64,000 nucleotides of DNA from Harriotta raleighana (GCA_050575255.1 JBNZDD010013722.1:8563083-8627082); one strand, 5' to 3'. Counted from the first letter of the stretch, positions 24,601-37,214 are shown. Notes: a model not told the origin generated them from the letters alone. Numbers and translations: made by a program.

Positions 24601-24911
24601 CCAATGAGAGAAAGGACCAAAAGGGAATGAGAAAAATACAGACCAGAAGCGGTGTGAACAAAAATACTGAGAGAGAATGAAGAAACCAGTATGATCTACA
24701 TGGGTGTTACTTGCATCCATCTGTACTGTATAGTGAAAATGAAATGAATGAGTGAATTGTACAATCCACATTCTGCAAATGTTATGTTTCTGGAAAGAAA
24801 ACTCAAAAATATTACTAATGGAGCCTGCAGATGTTTCCTAAATATGGCATCCAGCCCTCAGCAGCCAAATGATAGACCATAATTTTTACAAAAATAAAAA
24901 TGAGAACGATT
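21626..24911. repeat. Apparently identical 1612-bp tandem duplicate (21626-23237 = 23300-24911), probable assembly artefact
   Basis: Constant offset of 1674, identical ORF translations in both copies; the first copy is bounded by N at 21625 and the 10-N gap at 23238-23247. Confidence 0.9.
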
Positions 24912-25344
24912 CAAATAGTAACTGATATAACTTGTCTGTGTCAGAAAAGGATGATTCTGTATAAGTTAAACTTGTCTTTATTCTAATCGGCCCTGAATTA
25001 GGAAGGTCATCTGTTACCTGTATCATGCACTGCCACCTGCTGTATCTTCGATGCATTTTACTTATCCTTCAACCTTTCTAACTGCAGCATGTAGATTTTT
25101 AAATAAAAACAATTAGAATGAAGAAAAATATCAATTTTGAAATACTGGGAACCCTCCAATAATCATACAATCACTTTATAGCATTCACTCTTCAAATAGT
25201 GTCTCTTCTAGGCGTCTCAAAATGTTTCACAGAATATACTGTGACGTGAATTCACTGTATAGTTGTGGGCAAAACATCTCATCCAAAGGATATATTAAGC
25301 TCGTGGTCTAAATCAGGGATGATCAATTTGGGTTTCACAGGGTG

Positions 25345-26530
25345 CATCGACACTGTCGACTACTTCATCCTCCTACATTGCCTCTCCTCCCAGCTCCATC
25401 TTCATGGACCTTCCCTCGCCTGGTTTGACTCTTACCTTTCTCACCGTCTCCACTTTGTCACCACCAATGGCTTCTCCTCCAGTCCCCGCACTGTCAACTG
25501 TGGCGTCTCCCAGGTGATATTGACCTCAACTTTTCAATATCTATATGCTCCTCCTGGTATCAATTTCCACATGTATGCGGATGACACCTAACTCTGTCTT
25601 TCTGTCTCTACCTGGATTCCAGGATCACTGCTGTCCTGAAAGACTGCCTGTCAGACATCAAGTCCTGGATGAGAGCTAACTTTCCACAATCGAATGTCAA
25701 CGAGACTGAGGTCCTTTTGATTGGCTCACTCCAGAGCCTTCACACATCAAGATCTGGCAGCATCAACCTGAATGGCTGCACACTCCACCTCACCAAGCTA
25801 GTCAGGAACCTAGGTATCTTGTTCAATCTTCAACTGTCTTTCCTCCCCAACATCCAAGCCATGACCCACTCTGCCTTCCCTCACCTCCACAACATTGCTG
25901 GACTCTGCCACTACCTCATTCCTCAGGCCACTGAAACTCTTATTCATGCCTTCATCACATCCAGGCTCGATTACATCAATGCCTTGCTTGTCAGCCTTCC
26001 AAATTCCTCCCTCCATAGGCTGCAGATAATCCAGAACTCTGCAGCCTGTGTCCTCTACTGTTCCAAGCTCTGTGACCCCCCCCATCTCCCGCACTCTTGC
26101 TCAACCAACTCCATTGGCTCCCTATCACACAGAAGATTCAAGTCAAGATGCTGGTCCTCACATTCAAATCCATCCATGTCCTCGCCCCACTCTAACTCTG
26201 TGACCTCCCCTCAACAGGCTCCAGGCTGCTCCATGTCCCCCAACCTATTCATCCCACCATCGACGGGCAAGCCTTCAGCCACTCTGCCCTAACCTCTGGA
26301 ATTCCAGCCTGCAGTCCTTCCACCTCTCCTTCTCCTTAGCCTCCTTCAACTCCCACCACATCCAAGACTCCTCTTTGATGATCCCATCGGTCATCCCAAA
26401 TCCGCTTCTTTCCCTCCACCCTCCCCGANCCCAACCTAGCTTGTTTGAAACATTGACTGTCTAGTGCCTTAGGATGTCCTCCCGACATGAAAGGCACTAT
26501 ATAAATTTAATTTTGTTGGTGTTTTTGTTG
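25345..26530 (+). mobile_element. 5'-truncated L2 LINE
   Basis: [52 protein letters not shown]; L2 tail at 26460-26530. Confidence 0.92.
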
Positions 26531-27604
26531 CTTGCAGCCCATATGACTATTCTGTGTATATGACCGAATTGCTGAATTATCAGAGATACAACAACAACAA
26601 CAAAATTACATTTGTATCACGCCTTTCACGTCGGGAGGACGTCCTAAGGTGCTGGACAAGATTTTTTTTAAATGCTACAATAAACAAGTCAGTCAGGAGG
26701 ACATCTCAAGGTGCTGGATAGTTACTTCTTCAGACCCGAGCTGAGGACAGTGTGTGCGCGAGGGGGTGGTGGGGTGGGGAGTGGAGAGGAGTTGCCGATG
26801 GGTTAGACAAGCTGCTAAACCAAGCAGGTCTATTTGTTCGGATGAACTCTATTGATTACATTAAACTATTCAAAAAGAGAAAGGAATCTCTCCTGGTGCC
26901 CTAGCCAACAATTTTCCAGATATAAATTGGTCATGCTGCTTCAGGGATATTTTGGTGCGCAAATTGACTGCTGCATTTTCCAACAAATACTCGGTCTTTA
27001 CACTCTAGAGTAAATCATGTGAAACATTTCAACAATCTAATTAGGTGCTAATTCGAAAGCGAGTTATTATTACCATTCATTTTTCATTTACATATACTGT
27101 ATTTGCAGTCTTCAATATACATTTCACTTTCATTGATTATTGACTAGATCAGCATCTAGATTTTAAAATCATTCTGAATCTATCACAGCTTTTATTGTTT
27201 GAGTGAAAATGGCTTGAAAATTTGGGAGATCGATGTTTTTACTGATGTTTGTAGGTAGGGTCCTGAATTACATGGATTTGATGCCACCACTTGTTGGCAA
27301 AGTGTAACTACATTATAGACACAACTGACTTTTTTATTGTAGCATTTTTAAAAAATCTTGCTTTTTCCTCACAGTTATAAACCAGGTTATACTTTGTGGG
27401 CTCTGGATGAGGTTACAGAAGACTACCATCTGCTATTAATCTACTATTTAATTTAAGGAGTATTATTATTTATAACTTTGCTGCTATCAAGTCCATGAAA
27501 CCCTCACTTACAAAGAGGATGTGGAATCTGGAACAATACTAGCACCAGACCACGTTATTTCATTAGAACTTTTCTTCTAATATTGTGAGCTACAGGTTGC
27601 ACTA

Positions 27605-27905
27605 CATTTTGAGACTCAACAACTACAACAACAATTTGCATTTATATAGCATCCTCCACACCAGGTGGAATCTCAGAATGCTTAACAATGTCGGAGCCCG
27701 AGGCCAAGACAGGGGCTGGGTGAAAGTGACTGAAGGTGAACGAGAAGGGCTTCAAGCACGACCTGTAAATGGGGGTGAGGCGAAGGGGTTGACGGAGGGA
27801 GTTCCAAAGGTCCAGGCTGTAGTGGCTGAAGGCACAGCTGCCGATGGTGCAGTGGAGGATTCGGGGGACAAGGAGGAGGTTGTACCCAGTAGAGCGGAGG
27901 CAGTG
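27605..27905 (-). mobile_element. Older L2 3' fragment of the second tail type
   Basis: (AAC)n tail at 27617-27633; reverse-strand CCTTCAGCCACTACAGCCTGGACCTTTGGAACTCCC (AFSH..LWNS). Confidence 0.7.
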
Positions 27906-27946
27906 GGTACTACTGTGAGGAGAAAGGACTCACGCTGCTGCTGTCA

Positions 27947-28582
27947 ACAACAACAACAACAACAAAATTACACTTATAGAGCGCGTTTCACGTCAGGAGG
28001 ACGTCCCAAGGCGCTGGACAGATTGGTTCAGGACCCGAGCAAGGGAAAATGTTCAGGGCGAGGGGGGGAAGGGTGGGAGCAAGGAGGGGGTAGAGACTCG
28101 AGAGGGGCGTTGAAGGCACGGTCGAAGAGAAAGGTCTTGAGACCGGCCTTGAAAGAGGAAAGGGAGGAAGCGAGGCGAAGGCACAGGGGGATGGAGTTCC
28201 AGAGCCTGGGGGCTGAGCGGCTGAAAGCCCGGCCGCCGATGGTAGGACGGTTAGGGCAGGGGATGTGGAGCAGACCAGTGCCAGAGGAACGGAGGGTACG
28301 GGCAGGTAGATAGGGGGATAGGAGGTCAGAGAGGTAGGAGGGAGCAAGGCCGTGAATGGCCTTGTAGGTGAGGATGAGGATCTTGAATTCGATCCTCTGG
28401 GGGATGGGGAGCCAGTGGAGACGGGCGAGGGTGGGAGTGATGTGATCTCGAAGCCTGGTGCGGGAGAGTACACGAGCTGCAGAGTTCTGGATGACCTGCA
28501 GTTTGTGGATGGAGGAGCCGGGAAGGCCTACAAGGAGAGAGTTCCCATAGTCCAGCCTTGAGGTGATGAAGGCGTGGACCAG
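27947..28582 (-). mobile_element. Young 5'-truncated L2 LINE with an uninterrupted ORF2 C-terminus
   Basis: Open frame [21 protein letters not shown]...[30 protein letters not shown]...[17 protein letters not shown]...KTFLFDRAF; CpGs retained; clean (CAA)n tail. Confidence 0.95.
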
Positions 28583-29479
28583 TCGGTCTTCTCTTGTCAC
28601 TCTTATCTTTGTAGACAAGATTATGCTGGCGGGGTTGGTGGCTGAAATGAGAACCCACAGTAAAGATCCATCTGGAAAGAAATGGATAAAAAGGCTTAAA
28701 TGCATTCATTAGATAGAAAGATTAACAGTCCACCTACAGCAAATGGACACTTTATCATTGGTGGTGCACTGAATGCAGTTCATATACGTAAATCAGAAGT
28801 TACATACGACAGATAACAAGAACCTGCATTTATATAGCACCCTTCACGCAGGATAGAGTCCCAGAGCACTTCTGACAGACAGGTAGATACACAGTGTTGC
28901 CAGATTGAGCGGCTTTACAGCCATTTTATGTATTACTGTATTATGTCTGTGTTTTTGTTATGATGTGAGTGGAAAATATCTGCTTCTGGCAGGTGTCTAA
29001 TTTTTTTTAAATTAAATCAGCCAAACGTGTTGCTTGTTGCTTTATCTTTGTGGGGTTTTCTTTCTTTGAAGAAACTTTTCTCAGCTGCAAAAAGCAGATC
29101 TAAATTGGCCACTCACTCCGCTGCTACCCATAGGGAGGCTACGCATGACATTGGGTTTCTTTTGGGGGCTCGTATTTATATTAATCATCCTAATAATCAT
29201 CCTTGCATTTCGATAAGAGTCTCCGATTCAATTCATGTGGTCAATTCAATCGCTATCTGGGACGCTGCCCTATGCGAGCGACGGTATGTAAATGCAAGGC
29301 ATTCTCGTTGCTGAGGTATCTCAAAGTGCTTCACAGGATAGAAATACTGTAAAGTGGAGTGACCGTGTATTTGGCGAGCAAAGCTTGGGTTGGGCTTTGA
29401 GCTGTAGTTTCTAATAATAATCTAATAATAATCCTTGCATTTGGTAGACCCCTTTTCACGTCTTCCAGACGCCTCAAAG

Positions 29480-29844
29480 CGCTTCACAGAATCGACGGTA
29501 CAGTGAACGGACTGTGTGTATTTTGTGGGCGAAACGCGGCAGCCAAACTGCGCCACAACGTCCCCAACAAACAGTGGCGGATTGCAAATGACTACTTTTA
29601 TTATTGCGTCGTGTCATTTCTGGCCAACCTGACAGACCAAGACTAGACTAGACAGAAAGATAAGAGAGAGAGAGAGAGAGACACACACAAACACACACAC
29701 AAAGAGCCCGCCCCAACAGCGAGCAACAATAGAGAGGAAATAACGTCGGGAGGAAATGCCCAGTCCCTCCTCTCTCTCCTCTCCTCCCTCTCTCCTCCCC
29801 CTCCCTGTGCACATGTGGCCGGCTGCCCTCTCCGCCCTGTGATC
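29480..29844 (+). promoter_or_regulatory. RRS1 promoter / 5' edge of CpG island
   Basis: CpG-rich; GC box CCCGCCCC at 29707-29714; (GA)n/(CA)n microsatellite at 29662-29700; E-box-like CACATGTG at 29810-29817; directly upstream of the RRS1 ATG. Confidence 0.55.
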
Positions 29845-30906
29845 ATGGCTGTGGCAGTGCAGGAGGTGCTGGCCCGGGTGGAGCAGGAGCAGGAGCTCAG
29901 GCTGAAGAGCATCAGCGTGGACAAGGAGCAGGAGCTGCAGTTTGACTTGGGGAACCTGCTGGCCCTGGACCCCAACCCCGCCAGCGGCCGCCGGCTCCAG
30001 CAGGAGGGCGAGGCCATGCTGCGGGCTCTGGCCCGGGACAACACCCAACTGCTGATCGGCCAACTGTGGGCCTTGCCGACCCGCCGGGTGTCGGAGGTGA
30101 TCGTGGCCGAGCTGCCCCCGGTCACCACCCGCCTGCCCAGGGAGAAGCCGACCCCCAAGGCCAAGCCCCGGACCCGCTGGGAGGAGTTCGCCAGGCTGAA
30201 GGGCCTCCGCAAGAAGAAGCGGACGAACCTGGCCTGGGACGAGAGGCGGCAGGAATGGCGCCGGCGCTGGGGTTACGGCCGGGTCAACGACCAGGCCGCC
30301 GAGTGGGCCTTAGAGGTGCCGGTCAACGCCGACCCCAACGAGGACCAGTTCGCCAAGCGGGCCGGGCTGAAGAAGGAGCGGGTGGCCAAGAACGAGCTGC
30401 AGCGGCTGAGGAACATCGCCCGGGGTCGTAAGTTACTGGAGCCCGGTGCTGCTGCCGGGCCCCCCAGCGGCCTACCCCAGCACCCGGGCAAGAGGGAGCT
30501 GAGCAGAGCCATCCTCACGGCCAAGCGCTCCACGGCCTCGGTCGGGAGGTTCCAGGACAAGCTGCCCAGGGAGAAGGACAACCCCAGGGGCTCCGGCAGG
30601 AAGAGGCAGTTCCAGCCGCTGCTCGGCGACTTCTCGGCGGAGAAGCGGAAGCAGCTGGAGCTGCTCCAGCACATGGCCAGCCTGAGACCCAAGCTCAACA
30701 TGACCAAGGCCGTCAACAAGCAGCTGCGGGAGGACGAGCGCCAGGAGGCGGCGGAGAAGAGGAAAAAGAAGGGGAAAGGGGGACGGGGCAGGGGCCGCTT
30801 CCGGGACGGGAAGAAAGGGGGCAAACCGGCCGCCGGGGGCAGGCCGAAAGCCGGTCACAAACCCGCTGCAGCGCAGCGAGGGAAGGGCAAACAAACGCAA
30901 TCGTAA
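29845..30906 (+). CDS. RRS1: Ribosome biogenesis regulatory protein homolog, intronless, 353 aa
   Basis: FDLGNLLALDPN, LARDNTQLLIGQLW, LPREKPTPKAKPRTRWEEFARLKG, KKERVAKNELQRLRNIAR, STASVGRFQDKLP; ATG in ATCATGG context; synteny with ADHFE1. Confidence 0.98.
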   Translation: MAVAVQEVLARVEQEQELRLKSISVDKEQELQFDLGNLLALDPNPASGRRLQQEGEAMLRALARDNTQLLIGQLWALPTRRVSEVIVAELPPVTTRLPREKPTPKAKPRTRWEEFARLKGLRKKKRTNLAWDERRQEWRRRWGYGRVNDQAAEWALEVPVNADPNEDQFAKRAGLKKERVAKNELQRLRNIARGRKLLEPGAAAGPPSGLPQHPGKRELSRAILTAKRSTASVGRFQDKLPREKDNPRGSGRKRQFQPLLGDFSAEKRKQLELLQHMASLRPKLNMTKAVNKQLREDERQEAAEKRKKKGKGGRGRGRFRDGKKGGKPAAGGRPKAGHKPAAAQRGKGKQTQS

Positions 30907-31659
30907 TGTCCCCCGCGTTTGATATCAGCCCCCGTAACACGTGGTCGAGACGCTTCCAAGAGCGCTTCACTGGATTTGCTGTCAAGTGAATTGACTGTGA
31001 GCCGTGGCCGATAATAGGGGGAGCAATGTCTGTCATCCTGCCCCGCCGTTCGCACTCATTCATGGGGATGCGAATGTGTTCAAATGTTTTGCTTTGTGTT
31101 AAAAGTGGGGAAACGTTTTTTTCCCCCCCACCTCGCCCGCGCAAGAAANCCGCCGTTCGCACTCATTCATGGGGATGCGAATGTGTTCAAATGTTTTGCC
31201 TTGTGTTAAAAGTGGGGAAACGTTTTTTTCCCCCCCCCACCTCGCCCGCGCGAGAAGNTTTTCACAAACAGTTGGTGAACTCAACCTGTGTTATTTTTTT
31301 TGTTGGGTGTTCGATGGGTTGTCCAATGTTGAGGAAATGACCTGGAGTAACTACAATTAAACTTTTGGATTTATATTGAAATAACTGCTTTATTTTAACA
31401 TTACGAAAATATTCAGTACTGTTGTAACTTTACTGGTGGCCGAGACCAAAGAGAGCCACGTGTATTTTGACTCCCGTTTAAATTAATTCATAATTCCAGA
31501 CTGGTTAAATTATAAATCCTTGAACTTTTTGTGTGAAGGTCTTGTTTTTGGTAATGGGACGAGGGAGAAGAGGAAATACCATAGCCCTTTTTGAGAGGAA
31601 AAATACATTAATGTCATTGAAAGTATGTGCAAATTAGCTGCTGCACTTTGCAGACAATG

Positions 31660-32300
31660 AGCCTGTCCAGAACCTTGTCGTCTTGCTTGACCCTCAGTTA
31701 TCCTTTCTACCCCCACATCCATGCCATTTCCTGCTCTGCCTTACCCCACCTTCACCACTGTCACACACCTCAGGCTGCTGAGACCTTCATACATGCATTC
31801 ATGACATCCGGGCTTGACCATGCAAACTCCCTGCTTATCGGCCTCCCCAACTCCTCCCTCCATAGAGTGCAGACAAGTCTGGACCCGATCACCCCGATCC
31901 TCATCTGATTCCATTGGCTTCCCATCACAAAGTTCAATATCCTGGGCCTCATCTTCAAAGCCCCCATGGCCTTGATCAGCCTACCTGTGTGACGTCCTAA
32001 CCCCCTACCAACCAGCTCGCTCCCTCCCCTTAGCGGGCTCCAACCTGCTTCACGTCCCCCACCTCTGCCACCCCACCATTGGCGGGCAGGCCTTCAGCCA
32101 CACTGCCCCCCACCCTTTGGAACTCCATTGTGCAGACACTCTACCTCAACATCTCCCTTGCCTCGAGACCCTCTTCAACCATGCTTTCGATCACCCCCCT
32201 AACCAACACCCGACCCACAGCTCAGGTCCGAAACATTGATCGTCCAGCATCTTGGGACGTCTTCATGTGAAACATGCTATACAAATGTAATTTTGTTATT
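31660..32300 (+). mobile_element. L2 LINE 3' fragment
   Basis: TPQAAETFIHAFMTSGLDHANSLLIGLPNSSLHR; L2 tail at 32245-32300. Confidence 0.88.
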
Positions 32301-33327
32301 GCATTGAATATGAACAGTTACTGTCCCTTAGAAAAATGTCCCACAAACAGCCATGAAGTGAATATCCAGTTTTATCTGAAGGATTGTTGTCCAGAACACA
32401 GAGAGACTATTCAAATACTGTAGTGCCATGAGATTTGTAATGTTTATCTGAAAAGATAAAAGCAAGCTTGGTTTGACAGCACCTCTGGCAATGCAGTACA
32501 CCCCCTATGTTGTATCGGAGTGTCAGCCTGGACATTTGATGTGGGGTTTGAACCCACAACCTTCTGACTGAGAGACCAGAGAGTCGCCATGCTGAGACCT
32601 GGTGTAAACATGCTGATCATTCTCATCTTATTTATTTTGCCATATAATAATGTCAATATATTAATCTGGTTGCATCTGATTTTCCCCATCAATTTACATT
32701 TTCTAATTGATTTATTTTTCTTGAAGAGGTTATACCCCACTTCCAAAACATACCAGGTTTTAGAGGTTTAAGCAAAATTATTTGTGCAAATATTTTGATT
32801 TAATGGAAAATATATTTCTCTTAAGTTTAAAATGTGCTTTTTTAAAAAAAAAAGTGAGATTTGTAATGTTCAATAAAACTTGGCAGGTTACCTCCTACTG
32901 TATTTCTGTAATTTTAATGAATGCTTCACTGAACTGAAAACTACCAAACATTCTATTAGAGGTAATGGATTTGAACCAACGATTTTTTACACATCAATGT
33001 GGGAGGCACTGATTGCGTCGACCATGTGGTTCGTAAGATATTAACAACAACAAAATTACGTTTGTAGAGCGTCTTTCACATCGGGAGGACATCCCAATGT
33101 GCTGAATAGTCAGGAGTTATGAACCATGCATGGGGCAGTGGGGAAGAGGGCAGAAAGGTGGGTGGGGGAGGGTTTGAAAAGAAGATGTTGAGTGAAGGAT
33201 AGCATTGCATAGGGCGACAATAGCTCAAACTCGATAGCTTATCAGCACTCAGTCTATAAAATCACAATGAAGAATGGCCACTTGAGAGTGACTAGAAGAA
33301 GGTTAGTGTTTGTTGAAACATACTTGT

Positions 33328-33648
33328 GGAGCTCCTGTGGCTCAGTGGTTAGAGCACTCGTCTTACAAGCGTGAGNCCTGTGTTCGAATCCAGGAAGTTC
33401 AGGGCGAAACCTTGGGCAAGTTTCCTTACTCCACATGCCTAATAATAATCCCTCCAAAAAAACCACAATAATAAAATTGATCATTTCAATCAATGACTGT
33501 TTGTGGGACACTGCTGTGCGCAATTGGCTGCCGCATTCCGCCCACAAATATACAGTCAATTCACTTTACATTATATTCTGTGAAACATTTTGGGACGTCG
33601 ATAAGATGTGAAAAGCGCTATATCAAATGCAAGGATTATTATTATTAC
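33328..33648 (+). mobile_element. Full-length young tRNA-derived Deu-domain SINE
   Basis: A box TGGCTCAGTGG, B box GTTCGAATCC, core GACTGTTTGTGGGACACTGCTGTGCGCAATTGGCTGCC, L2-like tail and (TTA)n; nearly identical to 60699-61040. Confidence 0.92.
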
Positions 33649-34244
33649 TTGCGCATGAGTTTTGTTTCCACCAGAGCTCAATACAATACAGTCCTGGAGC
33701 GCTTGTGTAGCACCTTTTACATATCGAGTGGCTGTCTCATTTGGTTTAAGGAGTGACCTTCCTGGTAAAAGATTTCAAGGTTGTGAAGAATTGGGATAAA
33801 TAGTAATAGGAAAGATCTCTGCTTATTTTCATATCCACAATTGGGGCTCAGATACAGAAGTAAAGTCAGATAATAGTATCAAGAATATGATTTTTCTCAT
33901 GAAGTGGGAGATCTGGTCCAAGTAATTCCATGAATAGAAAAAAATGAACATAACATAATTACATAGACAATTAGAGAGAGACACATGCATAGATATGATA
34001 ATCATAATTGGCCAGTAATAATTAGTATGGATATTAGGTGCTTCCTTCAGTACCAAAAGTACTCTTCAAATAATTTTTAAAAATAATTTGAAAGGGGCAG
34101 TGGGGGATTAACAATGTTTTTAAGTGCTGCACAACTGACTAACAAATAATACTTACATTTGATACAGTACTTCATCAAAAATTTCTCAAGAGCTTCACAG
34201 AATTTTATTGTGAAGTGTCGTAACTGTACTTGTAGAATTTTATA

Positions 34245-34548
34245 AAAATAATCCTTGCATTTGGAATTGTGCTTTCCATGTCTTCTGGACGTCTCAAAGT
34301 GCTTCACAGAATATACTGTAAAATGAATTCACTGTATATTTTGTGCACGAATCGCGGCAACCAATTGCACACAGCAGGGACCCACAAACAGTCATGGATT
34401 GAAATGACCAATACATCATTTTTTTTAGGGATTATTATTAGGCATGTGGAGCAAGGAAACTTTCCAATGGTTTCACCCCACCTGGAATCGAACATAGCTC
34501 TCGCTCTTGTAGGGCGAGTGCTCGAACCACTGAGCTACAGGACTCCAT
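34245..34548 (-). mobile_element. Full-length tRNA/Deu SINE
   Basis: Reverse-complement match to 33328-33648. Confidence 0.9.
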
Positions 34549-34660
34549 TTTAAATATACTGTCAATCCACTTCGGGACGTCTCGAAGATGTGATTCGGTG
34601 CAATTTCAAATGCAAGGATTATTACAAATATTTGTAGGCAAATCTTGGTAACCAGCCTGT

Positions 34661-34760
34661 CTGCAGTTGCTTTTCACTTTGCTGATTTGCCTGTCACACT
34701 GATGTGTTGCCTGTTACTTCGCTGATTTGCCTGTCACTCTGGTCTGTTGCCTATCACTTT
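34661..34760. repeat. Diverged 20-bp tandem repeat (5 units, TTGCCTGTCAC core) about 100 bp upstream of the ADHFE1 ATG
   Basis: CTGCAGTTGCTTTTCACTTT | GCTGATTTGCCTGTCACACT | GATGTGTTGCCTGTTACTTC | GCTGATTTGCCTGTCACTCT | GGTCTGTTGCCTATCACTTT. Confidence 0.8.
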
Positions 34761-34865
34761 GCGCTTGAGTTAGTTGCCAAGTCACTGCGTGCTGGAGTTG
34801 TCTGTCTGCAATTGCCTGTCAATAGCTCCTCCCTATTCCCACAGTGTTCCTGAGTGTTGAGAGTC

Positions 34866-34918
34866 ATGGCTGGTCGGGAGAGAGTGGTTAACTTGCTGAA
34901 GCAGTTGCAACAGGCATC
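34866..34918 (+). CDS. ADHFE1: ADHFE1 (mitochondrial hydroxyacid-oxoacid transhydrogenase) coding exon 1
   Basis: MAGRERVVNLLKQLQQA(S), similar to human MAAAARARVAYLLRQLQRAA; GTCATGG context; donor GTAAGT. Confidence 0.9.
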
Positions 34919-36141
34919 GTAAGTGATTCGTTTTGTGTGTGTTTTTGGGTGTTGGGGGTGAGAGAGAGTAACAAACACTGATTGAAATATCCCCCTTTAC
35001 TGATTATTCTTCAAAGCTACAGAGAGTCGTATGCTATCAGATTCCCGTTCAATGTCAGGAGTTCAATGCTAGAGCAGAGCTGAGCTGACAACTGGTGCCT
35101 TGGTCTGAGCTTTCTTCTCTGTTGCTTTTCTGCAGGATCCAGGAGCCGAGCACTGGTTGCCCTACAAAGGTGCAATCACAGAGAGAGTCTAAAACAGGGG
35201 GGATCAGTTGATGTGCTTCTCCTCTGTTCCCCTCCAACCCAAAATTGCCAAGTGCTATAGTTGCTTTTACAGTATCTTTGCCTTCCCTGTCCTCTTCACA
35301 TACACAGCACTCTTTAGCTGCCATTCTCACACAAATACCCCCCCCCAAAAAAAAATCTGGGATCTTGGATCAGCATCTAGACTGTCCCATCTCTGAGTTT
35401 GACTCAGTACAAGTGCAGTAAGCTGGTCTACAAACCATCCATTCTATGTTCCTGTACTGCTGGTTATTTGGGATGATTTGGCTTTAACCTGGGCTGAGCA
35501 AGAGTTCCTGGCAGCCGATTTCATCTCGAAGATGTTGTCGTTGATGGTAGTGATGGACACGACAAAATAATCTGGAGATTATTCCGGCCTCTGGCCACAA
35601 TTCTTGCTCCCACCATCATCTCCAGATTCTCCCTAATGCTAAAATGCTACCAATGGGTCAGACATTTAGGACTCCATATATTTATTGTCAACGTAAAGGG
35701 CTCGGAGCCCCTAGAGTCCGTGGAGAGGTCTGCAATGAGAATAGAAAAAAGAAGAAAAAGAATTCAGATAAGCTAGGGCCCTTCAGTCCTGAAAGAACAT
35801 ATCTCAGTTAACATGTTATAGAAATGTATAAAAATAATTGAAAGGGATGGGAAATGTAAAGCCTGAACTATAATTTGGGACACACCAAGAAGTGGAAAAG
35901 AGGACACAGGTTCAAAGTTGTTGAGGGCAATTTCAGGAAAGAAACCAGGATCTTTTGTTTTCCTTTGCTTTACTCAGAAGTTAATGTAATTGTAACATTA
36001 TTCATCTTATCTGTTTTATTTTAAATTGATAATTTTCTGCTTTAGCTGGGTGTCCTCAGTATTTTAATGTGATTTTTATGCTAAAGGCTTTGAAAATCAG
36101 AGGTGATTTAAATAACTATATTTCCTCTCTTGTGTGACTAG

Positions 36142-36179
36142 ATGTCGGTGCCCTGCTCACTCTCACTCTTACTCACAAG
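36142..36179 (+). CDS. ADHFE1: ADHFE1 exon 2
   Basis: CRCPAHSHSYSQ; AG/GT boundaries; 38 bp, phase consistent. Confidence 0.93.
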
Positions 36180-37214
36180 GTAATGTACTTCTCTCTGTTC
36201 TCAGTTGTAACTAGACCCCTCCCAAGAATGGGGTATATATACATTGAAAGAATGAACAGTTAGAAAACACATTCTTTACATAGAATTGAGTGGTTGTAAT
36301 GCATGATTCACTGTCATAAAACGTTTTCATCGCGAATTTCTTTGAAATGACAAAGATAAAACTTGGAAAGCTGAATATCAAAGAGGATGCGGAGCAAAAA
36401 GGAAAGTGGGGTTTGATTAGAGGCCCATATGGAGAAATACACCAAAACAGCTTTGAGGACCAAATGGCCTATTTCTTTGCTGTAACGTTCTCAGACTCTA
36501 TGACAGTAAAAACAATGGTTTTCATTGAAAATGATACTTAATTCCAATTCAAACTTCAAAGTAGATAATAAAAAGACACAGTAGCAGCAGGATTCTACTG
36601 CAGAAATAGGCATTTCCGCTTAAAAAGTACTGCAAGTTCTTTTAAAGGAACACCGTCTTCATGATAAAATATTTGGCAGTGATTGTTGGAAGCCTTTTAT
36701 CAGTGATAAATAATAATAATGCTTATATTTAGTATAGGGCGTTTCATGTCAGGAGGACATCTCAAAGCGCTTCGTACTGTACTCTAAAGTGCAGTGACTG
36801 TGTGTTTTGAGGGTGAACAAAAAATAGGGTCCGACCAAGACTGTTTATCTTTATCGCCACCATTTTGCCCACTTCCACCTATATTACCCAAATGCTGCCA
36901 AAACCTTTACCTCTCAACTGGACTTTCAGATGCCCTCCACTCCCTAGATTCACAACCCATTATTACTACATATCAAACACTCTGCAGCCTGCACCAAACT
37001 ACTTACCCATCACACCAGTCCTTGTGTGTTCCCCTGTCACCCACCAGATCAGGCAGTAGATAATAATAATCCTTATACTGTATTTGATATAGCGCTTTTC
37101 ATGTCTTCTATCCGTCTCAAAGTGCTTCACAGAATATACTGTAAAGTGAATTGACTGTATATTTGTGGGCGAAACATGGCAGCGAATTGCGCACAGCAGT
37201 GTCCCACAACAGTC

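Noticed and set aside
27585-28313. 242-aa plus-strand ORF with a poly-Q run
   Set aside because: Antisense read of two adjacent L2 fragments; poly-Q is the (CAA)n LINE tail.
1-29400. CRH or TRIM55 exons expected upstream of RRS1 from human synteny
   Set aside because: No CRH peptide (SEEPPISLDLTFHLLRE) or TRIM motifs seen; presumably outside the window.
29815-29844. 10-codon GTG-initiated extension of RRS1 in the ORF track
   Set aside because: Homology and Kozak context support the ATG at 29845.
29614-31162. Several long ORFs overlapping RRS1 on the opposite strand or in other frames
   Set aside because: Expected shadows of a GC-rich coding region; no recognisable protein.
33328-33400. tRNA-like sequence with A and B boxes (also at 39597, 44660, 47305, 60699)
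   Set aside because: These are SINE heads continuing into the Deu core; no complete acceptor stem, so not tRNA genes.
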